Shown: positions 45,084 to 53,407 of the stretch, piece by piece
Layout of the letters: each line of letters starts with the position of its first letter
How positions within the stretch are numbered: position 1 is the stretch's first letter
NCBI GenBank assembly: GCA_028704885.1
Contig: JAQWEN010000001.1
Span: 651,203-715,202, forward strand
Direction of reading: 5' to 3'
DNA: 64,000 nt
DNA from: Candidatus Shapirobacteria bacterium
GTDB lineage: Bacteria > Patescibacteriota > Microgenomatia > UBA12405
Program-made: the position numbers and the translations under genes
The notes under the pieces: model-generated
Database searches by the model: none
Seen by the model: only the letters and a program-made list of their open reading frames with translations
What the model was told of the DNA's origin: nothing

Positions 45084-45835
45084 ATTGTTAGTATCTCATA
45101 ACCAGTTTTAGTAATTAAAACAGTGTGTTCGAATTGGGCTGATAACGATCCATCTAGAGTACGAATAGTCCAACCATCATGTCGATCGAGAGTAACTCTA
45201 TAATTTGTAGAAGCATTAATCATAGGTTCGATAGTAAAAATCATTCCCTCTTTTAAAATAACTTTTTCTTGGTTGGTGTCGAAATGAAAAATAAAAGGAT
45301 CTTCGTGAAAACTAAGGCCAACCCCATGACCACCAAGTTCACGAACTATACTGTAACCTTTTTTATTGGCGATTGGCTCGATTACTTTACCAACACAATT
45401 ATTTAATAATTTGCCTGGTTTAAGGCATTTTATAGATTGATTTAGGGCATATTTTGTGGTCTCAATTAAATCTTGAGCTTTTTTGGTAATTTTACCGACT
45501 GGAAAAGAAGCAGAAACATCGCCATAATAACCATTTAAAATGGTGGTGACATCAAGATTGATAATATCCCCTTCTTTTAAAATTTCATTAGGAGAAGGAA
45601 TACCATGACAAACAACATTATTAATGGAAGTACAGATGCTTTTGGGAAAACCGCTGTAATTTAGAGGAGCTGGAATGGCATCATGGTCGATAATAAATTT
45701 ATGACCAAGTTCATTTAGCTTTTCAGTAGAAATTCCCGGTTTAACAAATCGGGAAAGATACTTTAAAGTGACCGCCGCTAATTTGGACGATTGACGAATA
45801 CCTTCAATTTGAGTTTGATTTTTAATGATAATCAC
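45080..45835 (-). CDS. map: type I methionine aminopeptidase
   Basis: VVCHGIP, metal ligands D...D...H...E...E (DVSASF, HGVGLSFHE, FTIEP and QFEHTVL). 251 aa. Overlaps folD by 4 nt. Confidence 0.92.
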   Translation of the reverse strand: MIIIKNQTQIEGIRQSSKLAAVTLKYLSRFVKPGISTEKLNELGHKFIIDHDAIPAPLNYSGFPKSICTSINNVVCHGIPSPNEILKEGDIINLDVTTILNGYYGDVSASFPVGKITKKAQDLIETTKYALNQSIKCLKPGKLLNNCVGKVIEPIANKKGYSIVRELGGHGVGLSFHEDPFIFHFDTNQEKVILKEGMIFTIEPMINASTNYRVTLDRHDGWTIRTLDGSLSAQFEHTVLITKTGYEILTI

Positions 45836-45867
45836 TGGCTAATTATACCGCATGTTAAAATTCAGTC

Positions 45868-46623
45868 ATGGGAAATAATAGTTCTTGGCAAAAAGTAAGT
45901 AAATGGTACAACAAAAGCGTCGGTGACGAAGGCAATTATTATCATCAACATGTAATAATGCCAAATTTAAAACGAATTTTAAATTTAAAAGAAAATGAAT
46001 CGCTAATCGATTTAGCCTGTGGACAGGGTGTTTTAGAAAGAAACATGAATGAAAAGATTGAATATGTAGGAGTTGATTTGGCAAGCAGTTTAATTAGAGA
46101 GGCAAATGATAAAAAAATAAATTCAAAACATAAATTTATAATTGCGGATGTGAGCAAAGATTTGCCAGTCAGTAAAACTGATTTTGATAATGGAGCAATA
46201 ATTTTGGCACTACAAAATATTAAAAAGGAATTCGGGGTTATTAGAAATTTTGCTAAACATTTAAAAAAAGAGGGAAAATTGGTAATTGTTTTAAATCATC
46301 CAATTTTTAGAATCCCCCGACATAGCAGCTGGGGTGAAGATATTAGTGGTAATAAAATTCAATATCGTCGAATTGATGATTATATGACACCGCAAGAAAT
46401 TCCAATTGTGGCTAATCCTGGAAAAAATATAAGTGAAGAAACTTGGTCGTATCATTATCCCCTATCGGCTTATAGTGAAATGCTTTTTGACAATGGTTTT
46501 GTAATTGAAAAAATTGAAGAATGGATATCTGACAAAATAAGTACTGGATCTAATGCAAAAGTGGAAGACAGAGCCAGAAAAGAATTTCCCTTATTTATGG
46601 CGATAATTGCAAGAAAAAGCTAA
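45868..46623 (+). CDS. class I SAM-dependent methyltransferase
   Basis: Motif I LIDLACGQGVL, an acidic residue after beta-2 (VGVDLASS) and motif II IIADVSKDL. 251 aa. Confidence 0.75.
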   Translation: MGNNSSWQKVSKWYNKSVGDEGNYYHQHVIMPNLKRILNLKENESLIDLACGQGVLERNMNEKIEYVGVDLASSLIREANDKKINSKHKFIIADVSKDLPVSKTDFDNGAIILALQNIKKEFGVIRNFAKHLKKEGKLVIVLNHPIFRIPRHSSWGEDISGNKIQYRRIDDYMTPQEIPIVANPGKNISEETWSYHYPLSAYSEMLFDNGFVIEKIEEWISDKISTGSNAKVEDRARKEFPLFMAIIARKS

Positions 46624-46626
46624 AGA

Positions 46627-46932
46627 TTACCAAGGCTTGTCGTTTTTGACTTTTTTAAATTCAACTAGTTCTTCATCTCTGTGATCAAAACCAAGTCGTT
46701 TTATCAGATCTCTTTCTTTATCAAAATAACGATGATTACCGTCGTAAATATAAAATTTACGAGATTTATCTTCCCGATAAATTTCGATTGGTTCATCTGT
46801 CATCGAGATTTTACCATCATCAACATCAGTGGGGTGGACTATAGAAATTGGTAATTTGACGAGACCATTAATCGGTAATCGATCAAATTGTTCATCAAAA
46901 GTTAAATTAGGTTCTTGGTCTCTTTTTTCCAT
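46627..46932 (-). CDS. small ParB/sulfiredoxin-fold-like protein (DGxHR motif)
   Basis: 101 aa. FYIYDGNHRY resembles the ParB-like nuclease-domain DGxHR motif. It lies 2 nt downstream of the OFOR beta subunit gene. Confidence 0.35.
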   Translation of the reverse strand: MEKRDQEPNLTFDEQFDRLPINGLVKLPISIVHPTDVDDGKISMTDEPIEIYREDKSRKFYIYDGNHRYFDKERDLIKRLGFDHRDEELVEFKKVKNDKPW

Positions 46933-46933
46933 T

Positions 46934-47554
46934 TTATGATTTTAGTTGTTTGCCGAAGGCGACACATTCTTGAAGAGTTTCGACTAGGGCAAAACCTTTA
47001 AATTCAAGAGCTTCTTTGAAATTTTTGGTAACTTCGGCAATGTTTTTGGCATCGACTGATTTAACAAAAACATGAGGATTTACTGCTTTAAGTAGTTCAA
47101 CTATGTTAACTGGTTCGCTGGGATTGCCTAATGGAGTTGATTTGGTACGAGAACCTTTGGGAGTGGTTGGACTAGTTTGACCGGTGGTTAAACTGTAAAG
47201 AAAATTATTGGAAACAAAAACCGTAATATTGATATTGGCACGAGCAGCGGCAATCAAATGATTCAAACCTTCTCCATAAGTGCCACCATCGCCACCAAAA
47301 ACACAAACAGTTAAATTGGGGTTGATCATCTTTTCTCCCATAGCAACGGCAATAGCTCGACCGTGAAGAGTGTGAACACCATAGGTTTTGAAAAAATCAG
47401 CCATATTACCAACACAACCAATATCATAGTTAATAACTAGATCTGATGGTTTTAACTCGAGAGCATTAAAGGCGGCTTGAACAGCAGAAAAAACTAAAAA
47501 ATTATGACAACCGGGACACCAAGTAGGATTGATTTTGGATCGATAATTTATCAT
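46934..47554 (-). CDS. 2-oxoacid:ferredoxin oxidoreductase beta subunit (TPP-binding)
   Basis: WCPGCHN N-terminal motif and GGDGG TPP-binding motif. 206 aa. Confidence 0.9.
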   Translation of the reverse strand: MINYRSKINPTWCPGCHNFLVFSAVQAAFNALELKPSDLVINYDIGCVGNMADFFKTYGVHTLHGRAIAVAMGEKMINPNLTVCVFGGDGGTYGEGLNHLIAAARANINITVFVSNNFLYSLTTGQTSPTTPKGSRTKSTPLGNPSEPVNIVELLKAVNPHVFVKSVDAKNIAEVTKNFKEALEFKGFALVETLQECVAFGKQLKS

Positions 47555-47556
47555 AA

Positions 47557-49245
47557 TTATTTTTTGGTTAATAAATCAATAATTTCTTCTGGAAAGAAAG
47601 GACGGCCATTATTCTTATTAATAATTTTGGTAGGATGAAAATCAAATTGAGATTTCAGGAGAGTGATAAGTTGATTGGTGCCATTATTTTCAATGACAAT
47701 AGTTTCTTTAAAAGCATCAATGATATTTTTGATTTCTGGATTGATTGGCCAGAGAGTTTTTAATTGCAAAAAAGCAAAATCTTCTTTATTGTCCATTAAT
47801 TTTAAGGCCTCTAGAATAGCACCTTTGGGAGATCCCCAACTGATTATTAGTTTTTTGGCATTTTTTGAGCCAAAAAAGTTGGCTTTAGGAGAAATCTTTA
47901 AAGCAGTTTTGACTTTTAACATTCTTTTATTAAACATTTTTTCAGAAAGATCGGCATCTTCGGTAGCAAAACCGTATTCATCATGCTCATAACTGTTGGC
48001 TAAAAATTCACCACCGACAGTGCCTGGAAGAGAAAGTGGCGAAATGCCATCTTTAGTAAAAGCATATCTTTTAAAATCATCGGAATCGATTTCGTTTAGA
48101 ATTTTACCTTTGTTAATTTTTACTTCAATGTCGGGGAAAAATTTAGTACTGGCACTGGATTCACCAATTAATTTATCACTCAAAACAATGACTGGAGTTT
48201 GAAGTTCAGCAGCTAGATCAAGTGCATTGTGGCTTAATTCAAAAGATTCATCAATATCACCTGGGGCAAGAACAACCTTAGGGAATTCACCGTGGCCAGA
48301 ATAAATGGCATGAAAAAGATCACCTTGACTAGTCCAAGTGGGAAGCCCAGTGGCTGGACCAGGACGGGAAACTAGATAATAAACCATACCTATTTCTGCG
48401 ATGCCACAAAAACTGACAGCTTCGTTCATAAGGGCAAAACCACCACCTGAAGTGCCCGTAGCCGATCTGGCACCAGTGAAAGCAGCTCCAGCAGCCATGT
48501 TGGCTGAAGATATCTCATCTTCGGGATGAACTACGGTTAATCTAAATTCAGCTTGTTTACTGGCCAGAAAATGAAGAGCACCAGTAGCTGGAGTCATGGG
48601 ATAAGCGGAATAAAAAACACCACCACCTTTAATGAATCCCCAACCGAAGGCTTCGTTGCCATCATAAAAACCCATTTTAACAATTTTTTTAGATTTGTTT
48701 ATCTTAATTTGAAATTTGGAAAAATTTTCTTTAGCGTAATTATAGGCAATATTAAAGGCATTTAAGTTTAAATCGGCATATTTAACATAGGCTTCACAAA
48801 TAAGATCTTTGGCTAATTTAGTGTCCAAATTATAAAGATAAGCAGCAACACCTAAACAAAGAGTATTGACGACCAATAAGCTGCCAGCTTGAGTGGCCAT
48901 TTCTTTTAGAGGTAAATTTAGAAAATTAGATTTGCTTTTGACTTCGGAGAAATCTTCATCGGAAAATACTAATGTGTTTTTAGTAAATTCTTTGAGATGT
49001 TGCTGCCAATGACCGGGATAAACTGAAAAAAATAAATCAACATTAAAATGAGTAGAAAAAACTTTTTTATCGGAAAAAGTGATTTGATAAGTGTTGTGCC
49101 CGCCTCTAACCAGAGATGGATATTCACCGTAATCAACTAAATTAAAACCGTGATCAATTAATAATTTAGAAAAAAGCTGACCGGCAGATTTGATACCCGA
49201 ACCAGCTGGACCAGCAATTTTAATAGTGGAAGAATTTAAGATCAT
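47557..49245 (-). CDS. 2-oxoacid:ferredoxin oxidoreductase alpha subunit with fused N-terminal gamma domain
   Basis: N-terminal gamma-like domain (IKIAGPAGSGIKSAGQ). Alpha domain GNEAFGWGFIKGGGVFYSAYPMTPATG. 562 aa. Confidence 0.88.
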   Translation of the reverse strand: MILNSSTIKIAGPAGSGIKSAGQLFSKLLIDHGFNLVDYGEYPSLVRGGHNTYQITFSDKKVFSTHFNVDLFFSVYPGHWQQHLKEFTKNTLVFSDEDFSEVKSKSNFLNLPLKEMATQAGSLLVVNTLCLGVAAYLYNLDTKLAKDLICEAYVKYADLNLNAFNIAYNYAKENFSKFQIKINKSKKIVKMGFYDGNEAFGWGFIKGGGVFYSAYPMTPATGALHFLASKQAEFRLTVVHPEDEISSANMAAGAAFTGARSATGTSGGGFALMNEAVSFCGIAEIGMVYYLVSRPGPATGLPTWTSQGDLFHAIYSGHGEFPKVVLAPGDIDESFELSHNALDLAAELQTPVIVLSDKLIGESSASTKFFPDIEVKINKGKILNEIDSDDFKRYAFTKDGISPLSLPGTVGGEFLANSYEHDEYGFATEDADLSEKMFNKRMLKVKTALKISPKANFFGSKNAKKLIISWGSPKGAILEALKLMDNKEDFAFLQLKTLWPINPEIKNIIDAFKETIVIENNGTNQLITLLKSQFDFHPTKIINKNNGRPFFPEEIIDLLTKK

Positions 49246-49318
49246 TGACTATTTTACTATAGAATTAATTACTTTTCTCGTGACTAGATTTAATTTTTAA
49301 AAACAGATATCTTTAAGT

Positions 49319-50593
49319 GTGATATTAAAAAAAGTTAGGAATTTTTTTAAAAGAATTGGACCGGGATTTATTACTGGAGCGGCTGATGATGATCCATCGG
49401 GAATTGCAACTTATTCGATAGCTGGGGCAAAATATGGCTATAAACTGAATTGGACAATGGTGTTTTTGTGGCCAGCAATGATGTCGATTCAGGAAATGTG
49501 CGGCAGAGTCGGAATGGTAAGTGGTAAAGGTTTAGCAACTATTATTAAAAAATATTATTCAAAAAGAATGTTAGTGTTGGCTACTTCCCTGTTGGCAATT
49601 GCTAATATTATTAATATTGGGGCTGATTTGGGAATAATGGCGGCCTCGATGCAAATGTTGTTTGATTTTAATTATTTTTATTGGTTGGCAATTGCGGCAA
49701 TTTTTATTGTGTGGATGCAAATTGCCGTTCCTTACAGAAAATATGTAAAATATTTGCAATGGCAAAGTATGATTTTGGTAGTTTATTTAATTACGGCTTT
49801 TTTGGTTAAACACGATTTTAATAATTTGGTTTGGGATAGTTTTGTGCCACAAGTAGAGATAAATTTGGAATATTTAATGGTGGTTATAGGACTGGTCGGA
49901 ACAACAATTTCACCTTATTTATTTTTTTGGCAAAGCGCTGAAGAAGTGGAAGAAGAAATTGCTGAGGGTAAATTAAAAGATTTTAATTATCATCCAAAAG
50001 TAGTCAAAAAAGACATAAAAAAAATGGAATTTGATACAAAAGCGGGAATGTTGTTTTCTAATTTAATTGCCTTGGCAATTATGTTAACAACAGCCGGAAC
50101 TTTGCATGCTAACGGTATTTTTTCAATTGACACACCTCAACAAGCAGCTCAAGCATTAAGACCATTAGCCGGAAATTTTGCCTATATATTATTTGCCGTG
50201 GGAATTATTGGAATTGGCTGGCAATCGATTCCAGTTTTGGCTGGATCATTGGCCTACGCAATATCGGAAGCTTTTGGATTAAAAGAAGGATTATCTAAAA
50301 AATTTAGTCAAGCTAAGGTATTTTATATAATTATTGCGGTGGCGACTGGAATTGGCTTTTTAATAAATTTATTGGGGATTAATGTGATGGATGCTTTGTA
50401 TTATGCGGCGATTATTAATGGTGTAGCCTCGGTGCCATTGATTGCTATCATTATTAAAATTGCCGATGATGAAAGAGTGGTGGGAAAATTTAAAAGCAAG
50501 AAAAAACATAAATGGGCAGCCTTAATAACTTTATTTTTTATGACAATTGGAGTCGGGATAATGTTGTGGCAAATCGTGGCGAATAAACTATAA
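49319..50593 (+). CDS. mntH: NRAMP-family divalent metal cation transporter (MntH-like)
   Basis: GPGFITGAADDDPSGIATYSIAGAKYGY matches the NRAMP GPGFL..A..DPGN...QAGA.YGY signature. 11-12 TM helices. GTG start. Confidence 0.85.
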   Translation: MILKKVRNFFKRIGPGFITGAADDDPSGIATYSIAGAKYGYKLNWTMVFLWPAMMSIQEMCGRVGMVSGKGLATIIKKYYSKRMLVLATSLLAIANIINIGADLGIMAASMQMLFDFNYFYWLAIAAIFIVWMQIAVPYRKYVKYLQWQSMILVVYLITAFLVKHDFNNLVWDSFVPQVEINLEYLMVVIGLVGTTISPYLFFWQSAEEVEEEIAEGKLKDFNYHPKVVKKDIKKMEFDTKAGMLFSNLIALAIMLTTAGTLHANGIFSIDTPQQAAQALRPLAGNFAYILFAVGIIGIGWQSIPVLAGSLAYAISEAFGLKEGLSKKFSQAKVFYIIIAVATGIGFLINLLGINVMDALYYAAIINGVASVPLIAIIIKIADDERVVGKFKSKKKHKWAALITLFFMTIGVGIMLWQIVANKL

Positions 50594-50722
50594 ATAAATT
50601 TGCAATTGGAAGTAGTTGTGATAAACTACAGACTGATTTGAGCAATTGGTGCGTTAATACTTTGTGGGCACCGCAAGTTTCTAGGCCACGGCCGAAAAAC
50701 AGGTTTGGGTCAACAAAATATT

Positions 50723-51991
50723 ATGTATCAGAATAAATTCACCAATAACATTGGTGGCAGAACTCAACAAAGACCAAGTTTTGGTCGAAATAATTTTTCC
50801 AGCAGAAACAGCGGCGGTAATGGTGGCGGCAGATTTGGAGGTGGAAATAGAAGTGGAGGTGGAAGAAACCGAAGTTTTGAAAGCCGAATAGATATTTCCA
50901 TGTTCATTAAAAAAGCTGAACCAATGGTGAAAATTGAAGATGTCCAAGTTAAAAACAATTTCCAGGATTTTGATTTTAGCCCAATTTTAATGGATAACAT
51001 TAAAGCTAAGGGTTATTTGAAACCAACTCCAATTCAAGATGAAATAATCCCCCATATTTTAGATGGTCGTGATGTTTTGGGAGTTGCTAACACTGGAACT
51101 GGAAAAACAGCTGCTTTCGCCTTACCTTTAATTAATGAAATTCTATTAGATCCTAACAAGAGAATACTTATTATGGCGCCAACTAGAGAATTGGCTCAAC
51201 AAATTAAACAAGATATTAGATCTTTTACTTTTGGAATGAGAGTTTACGTGGCTTTGGCCATTGGCGGAGCTTATATTAGAGAACAAATTATGGATATTAG
51301 ACGAGATCCACACATAATTGTGGGAACTCCAGGCAGAATTAAAGATTTAGCTGAACGCCGAATAATTAATTTTTCAAAAATAAATACGATAGTTTTGGAT
51401 GAAGTTGATCGAATGTTGGATATGGGATTTGTGGCTGACATTAAAGAAATTATTAGTCAAATTCCCTCCCCTCATCAAACATTATTTTTCTCAGCGACAG
51501 TTGATAAAAAAATTGAACACTTAATTGATTCATTTTTAGTTAATCCAGTTAAAATTTCAGTTAAAACTCAAGAAAGTTCTAAAAATGTGGAACAAAATGT
51601 GGTTCGAGTTCGCCGAGAAGATAAAGAAAATATGCTGCATAAATTATTAGGACAAGAAGAATTTAAAAAAGTCTTAGTTTTTGGAGCAACTAAATCGATG
51701 GTAGAAAAAATCTATGTCGGTTTAAATCAAAAAGGATTTAAAGTTGGATCGCTTCACGGTGATAAAGCTCAATTCCAAAGACAAAGAACTTTGAGAGCTT
51801 TTAAAGAAAACGAAATAAATATTTTAGTTGCAACTGACGTAGCTGCCAGAGGCTTAGATGTGGCCGATATTACCCATGTAATTAATTTTGATAAACCAAA
51901 TAATTACGAGGATTATGTTCACCGAATCGGGAGAACTGGTCGAGCTAATAAAACCGGATTTGCGTTGACGTTTGTGGAAAGCCAATATTAA
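50723..51991 (+). CDS. DEAD-box ATP-dependent RNA helicase (DEVD variant) with N-terminal Gly/Arg/Asn-rich tail
   Basis: Q motif. AQTGTGKT-like GVANTGTGKTAAF, PTRELAQQ, DEVDRMLDMGF, SAT and HRIGRTGRA. The ATG at 50723 is preferred over the TTG at 50705. Confidence 0.92.
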   Translation: MYQNKFTNNIGGRTQQRPSFGRNNFSSRNSGGNGGGRFGGGNRSGGGRNRSFESRIDISMFIKKAEPMVKIEDVQVKNNFQDFDFSPILMDNIKAKGYLKPTPIQDEIIPHILDGRDVLGVANTGTGKTAAFALPLINEILLDPNKRILIMAPTRELAQQIKQDIRSFTFGMRVYVALAIGGAYIREQIMDIRRDPHIIVGTPGRIKDLAERRIINFSKINTIVLDEVDRMLDMGFVADIKEIISQIPSPHQTLFFSATVDKKIEHLIDSFLVNPVKISVKTQESSKNVEQNVVRVRREDKENMLHKLLGQEEFKKVLVFGATKSMVEKIYVGLNQKGFKVGSLHGDKAQFQRQRTLRAFKENEINILVATDVAARGLDVADITHVINFDKPNNYEDYVHRIGRTGRANKTGFALTFVESQY

Positions 51992-52006
51992 ATTTTTTGT
52001 GATATT

Positions 52007-52043
52007 GTAGGGGACAGGCATGCCTGTCCCCTACTTTTGTTTT
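52007..52043 (+). terminator. rho-independent terminator after the DEAD-box helicase gene
   Basis: Perfect 28-nt palindrome gtaggggacaggca|tgcctgtcccctac followed by ttttgtttt. Confidence 0.75.
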
Positions 52044-52809
52044 AAAGATTTATTTTTTGTTTTTTGGAATTGTTGTATTTGCGGCCAGTGAGGGCTTTGG
52101 AAAGAGCTTCACGGTATGCAATTTTGGGTAAAGTGTCTTTATTCTTTTCCAAATAATCTAATAGTTCATCTTGGTGAAAAGCGACTAAAGATCGAAGCAA
52201 CCAAGAAACGGCTTTAGTAATTAAAATTTCTTTTTCTGATTTAAGATTCTCAATATTTTGAAAAGCTAATTTGGATAAACGCGGATCGTCAGATTGACGA
52301 AGTGATTTAGTTAATAAAACTAGAGAAGCACGGCGTTTGTTAATATTGCGGTCTTGATTGAATTGTTTTAATATTTTTTGCCAGTTTGACCAATTATTAA
52401 GAATAATTTCACTGGTAAAATTTGATTGGCATAAAACATCATTTTCTGCCCAACCACAGGTGTAATTTAGCCATAAATCTAGATTTTTGGGATCAAAATC
52501 TTTTAGAGTTTCTGAAGATAATGACAAAATCATAGGACCAATAACAATTTCGGTATAACTGGTATTGTTTTGATAAAGAGAATTGAGTAATTCGATAATC
52601 TGATCTTTTTTTAGATTATTTTCGGTGATTATTTTTTTGGCCAAGTCAGATATCTGTTTAGTGGAAAAGCCGTGATAAGTTTTATTGGTTCCAATATATT
52701 TTTGACCAAAAGCAATATTCAATCTCTCTAAATCTCTCTTTAACAAGAGAGATTTTTCAAGTTCAGAAATATCTTTTAGAATTTGAAGATGGATTGGATT
52801 TTTAATCAT
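52042..52809 (-). CDS. DNA alkylation repair protein (AlkD/AlkC-like HEAT-repeat glycosylase family)
   Basis: C-terminal ILITKAVSWLLRSL...LPKIAYREALSKAL resembles AlkD (FYVRKAIGWVLRELS...LSGLSVREASKYL). The W-x4-W...D.L block LDLWLNYTCGWAENDVLCQ is present. The ATG at 52809 is preferred over the TTG at 52830. Confidence 0.6.
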   Translation of the reverse strand: MIKNPIHLQILKDISELEKSLLLKRDLERLNIAFGQKYIGTNKTYHGFSTKQISDLAKKIITENNLKKDQIIELLNSLYQNNTSYTEIVIGPMILSLSSETLKDFDPKNLDLWLNYTCGWAENDVLCQSNFTSEIILNNWSNWQKILKQFNQDRNINKRRASLVLLTKSLRQSDDPRLSKLAFQNIENLKSEKEILITKAVSWLLRSLVAFHQDELLDYLEKNKDTLPKIAYREALSKALTGRKYNNSKKQKINL

Positions 52810-53407
52810 TTTTGAGAGTACTGATAACAACTAAACGTTTTAAAGTGGTTCCTGGAGGCCAACAAGTCATTAAAGTGAGTTGATTTTGGCCGATTTTACT
52901 TGACATATAATTTAATTCATTGCCATTAATAATTTTTGTTTCATTAACAGTGTAAATATATTTTTGAGATTGATAATAAACAATAATTTCATCCCCTGTT
53001 TCTAATTTATTCAAAAGATAAAAGACGGCATTAAATTGATTGGCTTCATACCAATTACCAGCAGAATGGGCAAAAATAAAAGTGTTGCCGGATTTATCAG
53101 GGGTAGAAGTATCTTTGGCATGAGCAACCCCCTGAGTTAGAGCTCGTTGATAAATTTTAGAATTAAAAGGATCAACATTTTTAATAACTTTAGCATTGGC
53201 GTTAATTTTGGGAATAATAATGGAAAAGTCAAGATTAATTGGGACAATTTCAGTAGGTTTATCGGTTTTTTTATCTAGTTGATAAATTATTTCCGATTTT
53301 AATACTGGAGCAAAAGTAGAGACGGGAATTGTTAAAGAAATAAAAATAAAAAGAATTCCAACTAGAATAAATTTATTTCTTTTTATTCCTAATTTTTTTG
53401 ACAACAT
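52802..53407 (-). CDS. sortase (class A/E-like transpeptidase)
   Basis: N-terminal membrane anchor. Catalytic TLxTC as QLTLMTCWPPG, a His region (TFIFAHSAG) and an Arg (TTLKRLVVI). Immediately downstream of the giant surface protein. Confidence 0.72.
   Translation of the reverse strand: MLSKKLGIKRNKFILVGILFIFISLTIPVSTFAPVLKSEIIYQLDKKTDKPTEIVPINLDFSIIIPKINANAKVIKNVDPFNSKIYQRALTQGVAHAKDTSTPDKSGNTFIFAHSAGNWYEANQFNAVFYLLNKLETGDEIIVYYQSQKYIYTVNETKIINGNELNYMSSKIGQNQLTLMTCWPPGTTLKRLVVISTLKND

Noticed and set aside
50594-50722. Possible tRNA or structured RNA upstream of the DEAD-box gene
   Set aside because: No cloverleaf or T-loop (GTTCRA) and no acceptor pairing could be found. A duplicated gcaattgg octamer is too short to interpret.
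50681-51000. 88-aa and 78-aa minus-strand ORFs over the 5' end of the DEAD-box gene
   Set aside because: Antisense to the G/R-rich tail coding region. Low-complexity (Ser/Thr/Pro/Leu-rich) artefacts.
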